Of a DNA stretch of 64,000 bases, positions 18,695 to 31,300 are shown piece after piece; positions within the stretch are counted from its first letter, which is position 1; each line of letters begins with the position of its first letter. A model generated the notes under the pieces. That model did not search any database. It was not told the DNA's origin and was given only the letters and a program-made list of their open reading frames with translations. The stretch is from the NCBI GenBank assembly GCA_965250285.1, contig OZ252299.1, forward strand, positions 3,584,001 to 3,648,000, in the 5' to 3' direction. Both the position numbers and the translations under genes were made by a program. The stretch comes from Myxococcota bacterium. GTDB lineage: Bacteria > Myxococcota_A > UBA9160 > UBA4427.

Positions 18695-19783
18695 ATGAGC
18701 ACGCACACATCCTCGCCCCCCGCCGGCCTGCCCCGAGACTACGCGAGCGCGCGACGCGATTTTCTCGCGGCGTGCGAGACGGCCGGCGCCACGGTCCGCA
18801 GCGCGGTGCACCCCCAAGCCGGGCCCGATGGCGAGATCGCCATGGACATCGCATCGCTGGGCCCCGCGCATGCAAAGAGCGCGGTCTTCGTCGTGAGCGG
18901 GACCCACGGTGTGGAGGGCTACGCGGGCTCGCCGCTGCAGACCCATTGGTTGCTGAACCACGCGAGCTCGCAGCCCGAAGGCGTGCGCAGTGTCTGGCTG
19001 CACGCGCACAACCCGCATGGGTTCGCCTGGACGCGTCGTGTGAACGAAGACAACGTCGATCTCAATCGCAACTACATCGACTGGGCGGAAGCTCCCGTGC
19101 AGAACCCCGGGTATGACCAGCTCGCCGATCTCCTTGTGCCCGCCGACTGGAGTGAGGCTTCGCAGCAGAGCTCGACCAAAGCGCTGCTCGAGTTCGCGGC
19201 CGAGCACGGCATGGCGCAGATGCAGGCGCACATCAGTCAGGGGCAGTACGCACATCCGACCGGGGTCTTCTACGGCGGATCGGGGCCGACGTGGTCTCAT
19301 GAGCAGATGCATGAGATCACGCGCCGCGAGCTCGCAGGCCTCGACCGCGTGGCGGTGATCGATCTGCATACCGGTCTCGGCGAGTGGGGATACGGCGAGA
19401 TGATCAGCCACCACGCGATGGGTTCGAATGCCTACCAGCGCGCGGCGCAGTGGTGGAAGGGCGTTCGCTCCATGGTCGATGGCGACAGTGTGTCGGCGCG
19501 GCTCTACGGCGACTGGCTCGATCGCTTCGACGACTGGATGGCAGGCACCGAGGTCACCTCGGCCGCGCTCGAGTACGGCACCGTCGATCTGATCGCGGTG
19601 CTGCAGTCGCTGCGCGCCGATGCGTGGCTACACGGTCATGGCGATCCGCACGGCGCCGCGGCCGAAGGCGTGCGCCGCCAGGTGCGCGCCGCCTTCGCCG
19701 ACGACGACCCCGCTTGGATCGCGAAGCTCTGGCCGCGATTCGTCGAGGTCCTCGAGGCGAGCTACACGCAACTCGCGCCGTGA
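18695..19783 (+). CDS. M14-like metallocarboxypeptidase (DUF2817-type)
   Basis: SGTHGVEG, NEDNVDLNRN, IDLHTGLG and LEYGT motifs. Confidence 0.85.
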   Translation: MSTHTSSPPAGLPRDYASARRDFLAACETAGATVRSAVHPQAGPDGEIAMDIASLGPAHAKSAVFVVSGTHGVEGYAGSPLQTHWLLNHASSQPEGVRSVWLHAHNPHGFAWTRRVNEDNVDLNRNYIDWAEAPVQNPGYDQLADLLVPADWSEASQQSSTKALLEFAAEHGMAQMQAHISQGQYAHPTGVFYGGSGPTWSHEQMHEITRRELAGLDRVAVIDLHTGLGEWGYGEMISHHAMGSNAYQRAAQWWKGVRSMVDGDSVSARLYGDWLDRFDDWMAGTEVTSAALEYGTVDLIAVLQSLRADAWLHGHGDPHGAAAEGVRRQVRAAFADDDPAWIAKLWPRFVEVLEASYTQLAP

Positions 19784-19866
19784 GACCCTCGTGATCTTCG
19801 CTCTGAGCGCATGAAGCCCAGCCCTCGCTCCGGATCATGCCAGGGCGAAGCGCGTCGGCCCAGCGT

Positions 19867-22197
19867 TCACGGCCTCCGTGCGTCGCCCAGCGCGTAGTCG
19901 CACACGCCCGTCGGGAAGATCTGGTCGAGTTTGGCCCGCTGCGCCGCGTCGAAGACGACGCCCCCGTAGACACCCGCATCGATCGCATCGTCGACCGACT
20001 GCAGATGGCACTTGAAGACGTCGCCGGTGACCGGCCCGCCCGCGACGATGCGACTCGTCGAGTACGGCGGCAGCGCCTGTGCGCAGGGGCCCTCGGGCTC
20101 GTCGTTCAAGATGCCGTCCCAGGCGTCTTCACCCGCGTAGATCAAGGTGCCGTCGGGCGCGAAGCAGCTGTCGACGGCCATGGCGGGCTTGTTCTCTGCG
20201 ACGCTCAACCAGGGCTTCTCGGCGATGTTGCGCATCCACTCGTCGATCACCTCGAAGGCCATCGGCGTCTGGTCGAACTGCTCGAGGTCGGTCATCCAGA
20301 TCACCTGGTTCGACGCATCGCCGTCGTGATCGAGCAAGCGCTGGCGTGCGGCGAACGACTGGATCGAGTTGTGCATGTCGAGATCGGTCTCGAGATAGTT
20401 GCGCCAGTCGATGAGCGGAATCTCCACGTCGCCCGTCATCACGTGTCCCATCTCGTAGGCCCGCTCGATCGCGCTTGGGTCTGCCTCACGCCGCGGGGCC
20501 GGTGTCGCGCCGCCGTCGGGCGAGAGCGCCATGTTCCGCGCGCTCCAGTAGTCGATCGTGTTCGGCCAGATATCGGGGAACGGCGGCAGCACGAGTAGAC
20601 CGCCGAGATCCGTCGGGCACAGCTCGAAAATGAACGGGCAGCCCTCCTGGAGCATCTCCGACTCTTGCTTCCACGAGCCGACCTCGGCATTCAGCTTCAG
20701 AAACTCGTCCACGCCGATGAAGCCGTTCGTGAGGGCCTCGAGGCCGTACTGCACGCCGATGTTGTCCCAGGTGCTCGCCGCGAAGCCGTCGTCGGCCACG
20801 CCGTAGACGTTGATCGCGTCTGCGTAGTGCGTCCACTCGGTGGCGACCTGGTCTTCGAGCGAGATGCCCGGCGCAGTGCCGAAGAGCGGGTTGAGCGCGA
20901 GCGGCGACAGGCCACGCCATGCGTTCACGCATTCACTCGAGCCAGGCGGAAGGAAGGGAAAGAGCTGCAGAAAGTCGTTGTCGAAGCCGTTGATCGCGTT
21001 CAAGCCCTCGATCTGCGAGCGGCTCGGCCAATCGGCCCACTTCGTGTTGCCCGCGGCGACCTCGAAATCCATCCAGCGCTCGAGCAGCTCGCAGTCGCCG
21101 ATGTGAATCGTCTGCGAAACCATGTCGGGGTACGAGTACTGCGGCACGCCGGCGTCGATCAGCCCGCGATGATTCTGCCCGTACACGTACTGCTGGATAC
21201 CACCCCCCGAGCCGCCGACGCCGACGGTGTAGTCGGGGTCGCCGTATGCGGTGACGAAGCGATCCTTGACCATGACCGCCGTCTCGCCGCCGAGCACCAG
21301 GTTGTAGTGCGTGCCGGTCTTCGTGCCCGTCGAGTACGCGATGGCGTAGCCCAGACCGAGACCATGGTCGTAGAGCATGCGGCTTCGACTCGGGTCGCCC
21401 TGGTAGTGACCGATGCCGACACCGCCCTGGAAGTAGTAGATGAGGCGATGGTTCCAGGCCGAGAGATCGGGCTCGTCGACGTTCTGTGCATCGGGCGAAA
21501 GCACGGCGATCGAGTAGATGAAGCGATTGATCGTGCCGCGCTCCCAGCGAACGATGTAGTCGACCGTGTCCCCATCCATGGTGGTGGTCTGGGCGAGATC
21601 GGCGGGCGCCGGCGCGGCCGGATCGTAGTCGGCCCAGCCTCCACTCGTCGTGCGGTACTTGAACGAGACCACGGTCTCGACCGCGCAGTCTTCGTCGAGC
21701 GCTGGCCCGAGCTCGGCGTTCGCGCGGTCGCCGTCATCGGCGCACAAGAACACGTCTTGCTGCGGGCCCGAGAACATCGGCCCGCTCGAGGGATGGTTGG
21801 TCAGCACGACCTCGGTCTTCGGCGCATGGCCGAAGAAGCTGCGCGTGCCGACGCTGAGCACGTTGTCGCCGACGTCGAGACCGTCGACCACACCTTCGAG
21901 CACGAGCGGCCAGCGCTCGGTCACCTCGAAGCCGTCCTTCACGTCGCGGCCGTCGACCTCGATCTCGAGCCAGCGGCTCGAGAACGCGAGCGGTGCGATG
22001 ACGAGAACGCGCGCATCGCCTCCGCTCACCTGATCGGGCGGGCTCGACAGCACGTCGACGTAGTAGAACGAGCACGACGTCGGTGCCCCTGTGCCCATCA
22101 ACAAGAGCGCGGTCAGCGCGAGGAGCGCGGCGCGCGTGTGCCTTCGCATTCCATCGACTCGGCGATGCTGTTCTCGGTGCGACTGCAGCTCGGTCAT
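19867..22197 (-). CDS. Secreted DUF6351-like (tannase-like alpha/beta hydrolase) protein
   Basis: Signal peptide; ERGTINRFIY, WNHRLIY, GGSGGGIQQ nucleophile elbow, IFPTGVCDY. Alternative start at 22149. Confidence 0.75.
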   Translation of the reverse strand: MTELQSHREQHRRVDGMRRHTRAALLALTALLLMGTGAPTSCSFYYVDVLSSPPDQVSGGDARVLVIAPLAFSSRWLEIEVDGRDVKDGFEVTERWPLVLEGVVDGLDVGDNVLSVGTRSFFGHAPKTEVVLTNHPSSGPMFSGPQQDVFLCADDGDRANAELGPALDEDCAVETVVSFKYRTTSGGWADYDPAAPAPADLAQTTTMDGDTVDYIVRWERGTINRFIYSIAVLSPDAQNVDEPDLSAWNHRLIYYFQGGVGIGHYQGDPSRSRMLYDHGLGLGYAIAYSTGTKTGTHYNLVLGGETAVMVKDRFVTAYGDPDYTVGVGGSGGGIQQYVYGQNHRGLIDAGVPQYSYPDMVSQTIHIGDCELLERWMDFEVAAGNTKWADWPSRSQIEGLNAINGFDNDFLQLFPFLPPGSSECVNAWRGLSPLALNPLFGTAPGISLEDQVATEWTHYADAINVYGVADDGFAASTWDNIGVQYGLEALTNGFIGVDEFLKLNAEVGSWKQESEMLQEGCPFIFELCPTDLGGLLVLPPFPDIWPNTIDYWSARNMALSPDGGATPAPRREADPSAIERAYEMGHVMTGDVEIPLIDWRNYLETDLDMHNSIQSFAARQRLLDHDGDASNQVIWMTDLEQFDQTPMAFEVIDEWMRNIAEKPWLSVAENKPAMAVDSCFAPDGTLIYAGEDAWDGILNDEPEGPCAQALPPYSTSRIVAGGPVTGDVFKCHLQSVDDAIDAGVYGGVVFDAAQRAKLDQIFPTGVCDYALGDARRP

Positions 22198-22372
22198 GAC
22201 GGCGCCCTCCTCGATCCGCGGGGTCGGTCCATTCTATGAGCCAGATCGAAATCGGGACAAGCGAGAAGAGACCGAGGCGTGAGGGGAGGAGCCAACACCC
22301 TGTGGGCGAGACTCGCCGACGTCTTGCTGAGCGCGCGGCGCCCGCCGTAGCACGCTGACCCGCGACGCAGAC

Positions 22373-23317
22373 TCAGTCGCTGGCTGCGCGCCGCAAGCGA
22401 TCGCGAATCGCCGCCCAGGCCGGTCCTTCGGGGGGCGCGCGTACGACGATGCGCTCGACGTTCGCATCCGCCTCGAGCCGACGCAGCTCGGCGTAGAGCA
22501 TGGCCCCGGCGCGCGCGGCGTCGGCGGGCAGCTCGATCACCCCCACGCCGGGCGCGGTCGCCACTGCGCTCGAAGAGGCGTCGACGATCGACAGCGGCTT
22601 GCTGGGTGCGTAGTGGCGAAGCCGTTGGCCGGGCGAACGTGCGGGCTCGGTCGCTTGCGCGCTCGAAGAGCTCGAATCGACGGCGTCGCCCGGCTCGACG
22701 ACCGAGGGGTCGAGGCGCAGCATGCCGGGGCGCAGCACGCGCGGCGGCGAGACGGTGACGTCGACCACGGTGCTCTCGATGCCCACCGCGCACGGCCCCC
22801 CGTCGATCACGACCAGATCGTCGACGTACGGGCCGAGCGAATCGACGACGTGCTGGGCCGTCGTCGGCGACACCTGCTCGGAGCGGTTCGCGCTCGGCGC
22901 CGCGATGGGCAGCGCCGCAGCGCGCAGCAGCGCCTGCGCCACCGGGTGATCGGGTACGCGCAGCGCGACGGTCGGCCCCGAAGCAGTGACTCGGTCGGGG
23001 ACGCTGGCCGCCTTCTCGACCACGAGCGTGAGCGGCCCGGGCCAGTGGGCCCGCGCGAGCTCGTCGGCCGCCGACGGCCAGGTCGACGCGAGCGTCCGGG
23101 CCGACTCGATGCCCTCGACGTGCACGATCAGCGGGTTGTCGGCCGGACGCCCCTTCGCGGCGAAGATGCGACCCACGGCCGCCGGGTCGAGCGCATGGGC
23201 CCCGAGCCCGTAGACCGTCTCGGTCGGGAACGCGACGAGCCCGCCCGCGCGCAGCACGCGCGCCGCTTCGGCCAGACCGGCGGCGTCGGGTTCGAGGATG
23301 CTCGGGGCCATCGCCAC
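22373..23317 (-). CDS. tsaC: L-threonylcarbamoyladenylate synthase (Sua5-type)
   Basis: VAFPTETVYGLG, KGRPADNPLIVH, APSANRS, GIESTVVD and SPG..RHYAP motifs. Confidence 0.93.
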   Translation of the reverse strand: MAMAPSILEPDAAGLAEAARVLRAGGLVAFPTETVYGLGAHALDPAAVGRIFAAKGRPADNPLIVHVEGIESARTLASTWPSAADELARAHWPGPLTLVVEKAASVPDRVTASGPTVALRVPDHPVAQALLRAAALPIAAPSANRSEQVSPTTAQHVVDSLGPYVDDLVVIDGGPCAVGIESTVVDVTVSPPRVLRPGMLRLDPSVVEPGDAVDSSSSSAQATEPARSPGQRLRHYAPSKPLSIVDASSSAVATAPGVGVIELPADAARAGAMLYAELRRLEADANVERIVVRAPPEGPAWAAIRDRLRRAASD

Positions 23318-23449
23318 GAGGGTATCCCGTACGCACGACGCCGCGAGCGCCGGTCGATGTCGACCGGTCGCTCGAACGCAGTGTCTCGGCTGGCCCGGCC
23401 CTGCGCCGATCGCGCACGCGCGACCGCCCCGTGCTTCGATCGACCTCGG

Positions 23450-23902
23450 TCAGCGCCTCGGGCGGGCGCCGACTGCGCCCACGGCGAGTCCGGTCGTGAT
23501 CGCGACCAGGGCGATCCACGAGAGCCAGTTCATCGTCGCGGCCAGGCCCGAAAGCGTGCGGCCCGCGCCGAGAAACAGATGCGCGCCGAGCAGCGCGGCC
23601 CCCCCGCCATTGCTGACGATGCCCATCGCGACGATGCCCCACGGCATGCGCCCTGCGCGCACCTCGAGCAGCCCGGCGGCGTACCCCACGATCAGCGCGA
23701 CGTAGCACCAGCCGAGCAGTCGAAGCGAGAAGAGCGGCGTCGGGACGACGCCCATCAGCGGCTCGAGCAGATCACGCGAAAAGAACAGAAACGGCATCGC
23801 CCAGAGCAGCGTCGTGAGGATGATCTTCAGCACGAGGGTGCGTTCGAGCAGCCGAAGCGAGCCTGCCTGCGTTCGTTCGAGGCCGCGAAGCAGCGATGAC
23901 AT
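23450..23902 (-). CDS. Hypothetical membrane protein
   Basis: Four hydrophobic segments; GGAG upstream of the ATG; divergent from an AraC regulator. Confidence 0.7.
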   Translation of the reverse strand: MSSLLRGLERTQAGSLRLLERTLVLKIILTTLLWAMPFLFFSRDLLEPLMGVVPTPLFSLRLLGWCYVALIVGYAAGLLEVRAGRMPWGIVAMGIVSNGGGAALLGAHLFLGAGRTLSGLAATMNWLSWIALVAITTGLAVGAVGARPRR

Positions 23903-24049
23903 GTGGCGTTCTCCCTGGCGACGACGCGCCGCGCGCTCCGCTGAGGCCAGGGGGCGCACCGTGCACGGCGGGTGTGTGGCGCCGATCATCGGGTCTCCGG
24001 GCCCGCACCGACACTGGCGCGAAAGACGTTTTCTGTGCAAAATGCGCCA

Positions 24050-25069
24050 ATGCCGAAGCTCGCGATCCTCACGCTCGACGGGTGCCACGCCGGCACGGTG
24101 TACGGGCTGCGCGACCTCGTCGCCGCCGCGAATCGCGTGAGCGAGATCGCGGGCCGCGGGGCGGAGGCGCGGATCGACGTGCGCCTGCTCGGGCTCTCGA
24201 GATCGGCGGCGGTCGCGGCCGACGGCGGGGCGATCGAGGTCGACGGAACGCTTGCACGCGCGCGCAGGGTCGACGCGGTCGCGGTGCCCGGGTGCATGAC
24301 CGACCCGGAGCGTCTCGAAGAATGCATCGGCACCCACCACCGAGCCGCGGCCGCACTCGACCGCGCCCACGCCGCCGGTGCGATCGTGGCCGGTCACTGC
24401 AGCAGCATCTTCTTGCTCGGACAGGCTGGCCTGCTCGACGGACGCCGCGCCACCGTCACGTGGTGGGCGCAGCCGCTGTTTCGAAAGACGCACCCGCACG
24501 CCCGCCTCGACGAAGAAGAAGCGCTGACCGAGGACGGCCGGGTGCTCTGCTCGGCCGGCCCCTTCTCACACCATCGGCTCGGTCTCCGCCTGATCGAACG
24601 ACTCGTCGACGCCGAGATCGCTCGCCTGACGGCCCAGTTCTGCATGCTCGATCTCGCGTTCCCCGGCCAGTCGGCGTTTCGGTCGGCGGAGATTCAACAG
24701 CACGAGTACCCGCTCGCCTATGCAATCGAGCTGGTCGTGCGCCGCCGGCTCCCCGAGGTGCCCTCGGTTCGAGAGCTGGCGCGAGAGCTCGGGCTCTCGC
24801 ACCGAACCCTGCAGCGCAAGCTCGATCAGCTGGGGCTCGCGAGCCCCCGCACCCTCATCGAGCGCGTGCGCATCGACCGCGCCCGCGAGCTGCTCGGCGC
24901 CACCGAGACGCCGCTCGCTGAGATCGCGAGCCAGGTCGGCTACGCCGACGCGAGCCGGTTCGGTCGCGCATTCGCACGCGTCGTCGGCACGACTCCCGCC
25001 GATCACAGACGACGTCTTCGGCGAACGCAGAGCGCGATGTCGGCCCCAGCTCGCCCGCGCGGTCGCTAG
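24050..25069 (+). CDS. GlxA/FtrA-family AraC regulator (DJ-1/amidase domain + HTH)
   Basis: AGLLDGRRATVTWW, ELGLSHRTLQR and IASQVGYADASRFGRAF motifs. Confidence 0.9.
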   Translation: MPKLAILTLDGCHAGTVYGLRDLVAAANRVSEIAGRGAEARIDVRLLGLSRSAAVAADGGAIEVDGTLARARRVDAVAVPGCMTDPERLEECIGTHHRAAAALDRAHAAGAIVAGHCSSIFLLGQAGLLDGRRATVTWWAQPLFRKTHPHARLDEEEALTEDGRVLCSAGPFSHHRLGLRLIERLVDAEIARLTAQFCMLDLAFPGQSAFRSAEIQQHEYPLAYAIELVVRRRLPEVPSVRELARELGLSHRTLQRKLDQLGLASPRTLIERVRIDRARELLGATETPLAEIASQVGYADASRFGRAFARVVGTTPADHRRRLRRTQSAMSAPARPRGR

Positions 25070-25380
25070 GGCGCGCCCGTCTCTTCGCCGATCTGCAGAC
25101 GGACCTCGATGCGGGTCGCGTTGCCCGCCTCGTCGGTGGCCCCCAGATCACGTTGCCCCAGGCCGCCCTCGCCGATCTCGAGCACGACCGTGGCTTCGCG
25201 TGCGGTCGACTCGTCGTCGCCGATCGTGGCGACCTCGTCGAACACGAGCCCGACCTCGGCGGCATCGATCTCGAACGTATCCGAGCCGGTCGAACCCGCT
25301 TCGGTGCACGCCGCGGTCACCGTCGCGACCAGCACGAGCATGGGCAGGCCCTTGAGTATCGAGCGGGGGCGTCGCGTCAT
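25066..25380 (-). CDS. Small putative lipoprotein
   Basis: Basic N-terminus, hydrophobic stretch and lipobox-like TAAC; ATGA-coupled to the giant upstream gene. Confidence 0.6.
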   Translation of the reverse strand: MTRRPRSILKGLPMLVLVATVTAACTEAGSTGSDTFEIDAAEVGLVFDEVATIGDDESTAREATVVLEIGEGGLGQRDLGATDEAGNATRIEVRLQIGEETGAP

Positions 25381-28300
25381 GGCTGATCGGCTCCTCGTTG
25401 CGTCACCTCGACATCGACGGGCGCTCGCAGGATCTCGCCATCGGCATCACCGAAGATCAGATCGAAGGGCGCGCCCCCACCCGGCACCGCAGCACGAATC
25501 TCGAAGCGACCCTCGCTGTCGACGGGGCGGGTCTCGTCGCCGAGCGTCACCCGGGTGGCCCCGGCCGGTGCCGCACCCGACAACGCGACCCAGCCCGCGC
25601 GGGCGATCGGAGGCGCCGCGTCGCGCCGCGGCTCGACGTCGGTCTCGCAGGCGTCTCCCACGCCGTCGCCGTCGTGGTCCCATTGACCGGCATCGGGAAC
25701 GAACGGGCAGACGTCGAGCGCGTCGTGCCAGCGATCCCCGTCGGCATCGGCCTCGGGCGGGATAACACCGATGGCGGCCAAGGCAGGAGCGGGCACGGGA
25801 TCGGTCGGATCCCCCTCGGTCAGCTGCACGTCGTAGAGGAACGCGAGCGGGGCTTCGCGCTCGAAGACGAGCTCGACCGAGGCGGCTTCGCCCGGGGCAA
25901 GCACGGACCCCGCTTCGAGCACGAACACGACGGGCCGGCCCGCCGCGTCGGCCGCCGCCACGTCGGGCATGGCGACCCCCAGCCGATCGATCAAGATCGT
26001 CGCCGCGAGTGGACCGACGAGATCCTGCTCGCGCGTGTTCGTCACGGTGAGCCGCGAGGTGCTCGTGAGGGTGCGTGTCAGGGGGTCGAGGGTCGTGCGC
26101 TCATCGCCGATGCCGAAGCCCAGTGCTACCTCGCTCGAGAACGAGAAGTCTTGCCGTACCGGGCCGGCCGCGCTGACCTCGACCTCGGCCGAGCGCTCGT
26201 CGCCATCGCGGCTCGCCGTCACGAGCCACGTGCGAGGCTGGCCCTCGGGCGTGAGCGGGGCCTCGCCGAGCGAGTAGGCACCGAGGGCATCGGTCGTCGC
26301 ACTGCCGCCCCAGCCCGAACCGACGAAGACGCCCTCGATGGGCTCGCCCGTGCGCTCGTCGGTGACGGTGCCGACGACCTCGCCGAAGCCGCCGGGCGGG
26401 GACCCGAACTCGACGAAGATCTCGGCGCCGCAGAAGATCGTCACCGTCTTCGAGGCCGAGATGAAGCCGGTCTTCGACGCCGTGATCTCGACCTGCCGGG
26501 GCGAGTTCGAGAAGCCGGGCAGGATCTTCTCGAGCCGAAATCGCCCGTCGACATCCGTATCGACTCGCTGGCTCGAACCCGAAACGCGCAGCGTCGCGGC
26601 TTCGAGCGGCTCGAGGGTTTCGGCGTTCACGACGACGCCACTCACGGCTCCGCCCTCGCAGCGCAGCAGGCGGTCGAAGTCTTGCACGATCGTCTGCCCG
26701 GGTTCGGCGAACCTCGTGAACGACTCGCCGTAGTAGCGCCGCTCGACGTCGCCTTCGAAGATCGACGACTCGAGGCCCTGGATCACGAACGAGGTCGGCG
26801 TGTTGTCGACGCCGGGCGAGACGCGTTCGAGTCTGTAGAAGCCGTTCTCGTCGGACAGGACCGTGATCCGGCCATCTCGATCGTTCTCGACGCGCACGAA
26901 CATCTCGGGCAGCGCCTCGCCGGTCTCGCGGTCGCGCACGATGCCTTCGACGTTGATGAAGTCGACGGCCTGGACGCTCAGGTCGACCTCGACCGTCTCG
27001 TCGGCGAGCACCTCGAACGTCTCGCCGATAACGCCCCAATGGGCGCCGCTCTCTTCGGCCTCGACGAACACCACCTCACTTCGATCTTCACCCGTGCCGA
27101 CGAGGATCTGCAACGAGAACGATCCGTCGCCCTGCGTGCGCTGACTCGCGAGCGTCGTGCCCCGCTCCCGCGCCACGCGCACGTCGGTGCGGACGGGTTC
27201 ACCCGTCTCGGCGTCGCGGACGAAGCCCGACACCGTCGCGAAGTTGTCGACGGGCGGCAGGGGGCGCAGCTCGAGCGTGATCCGGATCGGCTCGAAGGTG
27301 TTCTCGCCGCACCGATCGGCGAGGGGCTCGTTCTCGATCGTGACTCGGAACGTCTGGCGACCCGGCGGCGGCGTCACGAAGAGGTCGGCCGTGCGCTGCG
27401 AGTTGTTGGTGCCGGGCTGGAGGACCGAGCGGGGCAACGTGAACGATCCGTCTCCCCCGACCGGGACGCGCTGCGTGTCGGACGTCGTGCGCCAGTTGAC
27501 CTGCGCGCCGACGGCGGGCGTGCCGTCGGGGTACAGGACCGTGCCCGATGCCTCGACGATGAACTCGCACTTCTCGACCAGCGCAAAGTCGAGCATGGCC
27601 GTGCCTTCGCGCGTGATGTTGACCGACGTCGAGGCGGGCCAGTAGAGGTCGTCGCGGAACGCACGCGCGAAGTAGTCGACGGGACCGTTGGTGCCCTGGC
27701 TGAGGCCGATGCCGACGACCGTATAGGCGCCGTCGGCCCCCGTCTCGCCGCGCGCACCGCCGACGTCGACGGTCGCGCCCTCGATGGGCTCGTCGGTCGG
27801 CGTCACGGCGCGCGACGCGCTCGTGTCGTCGGGGTCGGCCACGCCGACGAAGACCCGGCCGACCATCGTGCCCGTCTCGATCGGCACCATCGCGGCATCG
27901 AGATTGGCGACGTCGTCGCAGCGCACGTCGGCACCCAGGGCGAGCGAGTAATAGCCCGCCTGGTTGAATCGCACCGAGTAGCGTCGCACGTCCACGTCGA
28001 GCAGCTCGAACAGCCCGGCGGCGTCGGTCGTCGTATCGAACCCGGTCGTACTGACGCGGACGCCCTCGAGAGCGGCTCCCGTGTAGGCATCGCGCACGAC
28101 ACCCGCGATCCGACCGAAGCACTCGGGGATCAGGCCGAAGACCAGGTTCGCGGTGCCCGACGTCACCCGCACGAGATCGCCCGAGACGCCCTGCACGACG
28201 ACCGGTACGGGCTCTTCGGGTGCACTCGGGGGCGCGGTGACGACGAGGGTCGACGTCGCGCCGACCCGCACCGTGCTGCGCGAGAACCGGGCCGTCCAGC

Positions 28301-31300
28301 CCTCGGGCAGATCGATCGCGCTGAGCGTCACGTCGCGGCTAAAGCCGTTCAGGCCCGTCACGAAGACGGTGAACTCGGCCGACTCACCCGGGTTGATCGC
28401 GGCCGACGGCGGATCGAGTCGCATCGAGAAGTCGGGCGACTCGACCTTCGGCTCGGGCAGGCGCGTGATCTCGATCTCGACCGCGTCGCTGCTGGTGGCG
28501 CCGTCGGCATCGAAGACACGCGCCGCGATCAGGTGCCGGCCCACGCTCAGCTCGTTCGCTCGAACGTCGAGGCGTGGGCCCGATCCGAGATCGCCGTCTC
28601 GGCTCGACCACCAGAGGATCTGGTCGGGCGGCACACGGCCGTCTTCGCGGTCGAACGCATCGACATCGAGGCCGAGCGCCTGCGAGGCCGCAAACCGGCT
28701 GTCGGCCTCGGGCGACTGGATCAGCGCAACCGGCGGATTGTTGGCGATGCTGAACGCCTCGGATGTGACGGTCGTCGAGCGCACGCCGTCGCTCGTCGTC
28801 ACGCGAAACCGCGCCTCTTCGCCTGCTCTCAGCCGCCCGCGCGGCAACTCGAACCGCGGCGTCTCGAGGTCTAGGGCCAGCGGCACCCAGGTCGCGCCGT
28901 CGTCGTGGCTGTAATCGAGCGCGTGAAAGAGCGCGTCGCCGTCTGCATCGTCGGCCACCCAAGTGAAGACGACCTCGTCTGAAGACTGGGTGCTCGCGGC
29001 CGCCGGTGCGACAGCAGCAACCGTCGGCGCGTTCGCGCTGGCCGCCACCCGCAGCAGCTCGTCGCCGCCGCGGCGAATCACGACCTCGGCCACGTCGTCG
29101 CTCGGCTCGGGCAACGCGACCAGAAAGGGCACCGCATCGGGCTCGAGCACGGGCGGGCCATCGGGGTCGGGGCGCGCCGCGTCGGCGACCGACGGATCGA
29201 TCTCGATCAGCGTGAAGCTTCGCGACGCGAGCGTCGAGCCATCGGCCCCCACCAGCTCGGCCGTGTAGTCGCCCGGCCGATCCTCGAAGGAGGCGCTCTC
29301 CATCACGTAGACGGGCTCGAGCACGGCGTTGGTGGTGGGATCGTTCGGGCGCACCGCCCCCTTGAGCAGCACCTTCTTCTGCTGCTCGAGCGCCGGGAAC
29401 GGGAAGACTTGAGTGAAGTCTCGGCCGCGAAGAAAGTCGATCGTGGCCTGATAGGTGTCGAGCGAAATCCATTGCTGGTTGCGTGACTCGTTCGCACCAT
29501 CGACCGGCGGGTCGACCTTGCAATAGCTCATGACGGGCCAGTCGCCGTTCGGGTTCGCGATGGCGAGCGCCTGAAACGCATCCCAATCGGCAATGTGGGT
29601 GTCGACCCCCCAGCCCTCGACGTCGCTGTCGCGAAGCGCCGAGAACAAGAGCGGGCCGAGGGTCGGCCGCTCGCCGTTGTCGCCCGCGCCGAGCTCTCCG
29701 ACCCGATCACTGAAGAGCGCGAAGTCGGGAAAAGCGGTGCCGGGCACGCTTAGCGATCCGCAGGCCCCATTCACGTACTCGGCCCCGTCTCGAATCTGCG
29801 TACCGAACAGGCTGGCTTCGCCCGGGTGCTGCATGCCGAAGTTGTGAAGCAGCTCGTGCGAAGCGGTGTTTCGGTGATAGCCCGCCGCGTTGGGCGCTTT
29901 CGCTTTGCCCACCGAGCTGACCGAGACAGGCAGGCCGAAGTCGAACCCCGCGGCCTTGCCCTCGATGCCCGCGCCGCCGGCTGCGAGGCCATGGATCCGC
30001 GTCTGCGTGCAGGTCGGGCTCGAATCCGATTCGCACTGCGTTCTCAGGTAGTAGAGCAACAGCTCGGTGAGCACGGCCGAGTCGAGGCGCTCGAGCGGCA
30101 GCGCGACGCCCCCACCGGGCTCGGTCGGCACCGCAAACGCGGCGCCCTTCGGCGCATACGACTCGATCGACGCATCGATCTCGCCGACGGGGAGCATGGC
30201 CTGGGCCCGTCGAATCTGCTCTTCGATGTCGGGATCTTCGAGCTCGACAACCGGCAGCAGCGTCGGCGGCGTGGCGCCGACGTCGACCGGGCGAGCGGGT
30301 AGGCCCACCCAGACGACACTCGGAAAGTCGATCTTCTCGAACGTGAGTGTCTTCTCGCAGCGCTCGCTCACGAGCCCATCGCCACAGTCGACGCCGTTCG
30401 GCATCTCGAGGTAGAAGGTGACGTCGGTCGAAACCTGGCCTTCGGGCACGGCGAGCCAGTCGGGCGGGATGCGAAAGTTGAGACTCGACTCGGCGAAGTC
30501 GCGCGCCTCACCGGGCCGACAGTCGAAACGGCCCCGCAGACTGCCCGTCGGCAGAAGCGGCGCCCCCATTCTCACGCCCTCGCGAAAGACCTCGAGGCGG
30601 CCCGTGGCGGTGGCCGTCGCGTCGGCGTCGACGCTGCACGCTACCGGGCCGCCGGGCTGCAGAAAGGCGCGCACGATCGTCGCCTTGCCGGCGATCAGGG
30701 GTACTTCGTCGTCCCACGTCTGCACCGACTGGTTGACTTCGAGCGCGCGCAGGGCGACCGGATCGGCGAGGCAGTTTTCGCCGGCGAGCACCAGAATCTC
30801 GGGCGTGTTGGTAGCGAAGACGAGCTGGCCATCGCCGTAGACGGCCGAATCGAAGGCCTCGATCGCCGCGATCTCGTCGAACTGGCTATCGGCAAACGCC
30901 GCCACCGAGAGCCGCTCGACCGTCTGATCGGCCTCGAACCGAACGAACTGCGAGGCATCGAAGACGCTCGGGCCGCGGTTCGACGAACCGTCGGTCAGCA
31001 GACAGAGCCGCTGCTCGGCCGCATCGCCGACACCGAACGCGGCGAGGTGCGCTGCGCCCTCGAGAATCGCGGCGCCCCCTGACGTCTGATTCCGAATCTG
31101 ACGCATGCCCGCGATGACGGCCTTGATCGCATCGACGTCTTCTTCACTGCTGATCTGGGTCAGGCACTGCTCGACGCGCACGAGCGGCTCGCCCCCGAAC
31201 GACGAGTACTGCAGCACGGCGAGGGCCAGGCCGCCGTCGCGCGAGACGAGCCCCTCATCGTCGAGCAAAGCGGTGAGCGCATTGCGCTCGAGCACCCAGT

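Noticed and set aside
25398..28874. 1158-aa plus-strand ORF and many other long antisense ORFs (e.g. 47742-49595, 20665-22239, 41735-43321)
   Set aside because: These are shadow ORFs opposite well-supported genes in high-GC DNA, Arg/Ala-rich and without recognisable motifs.
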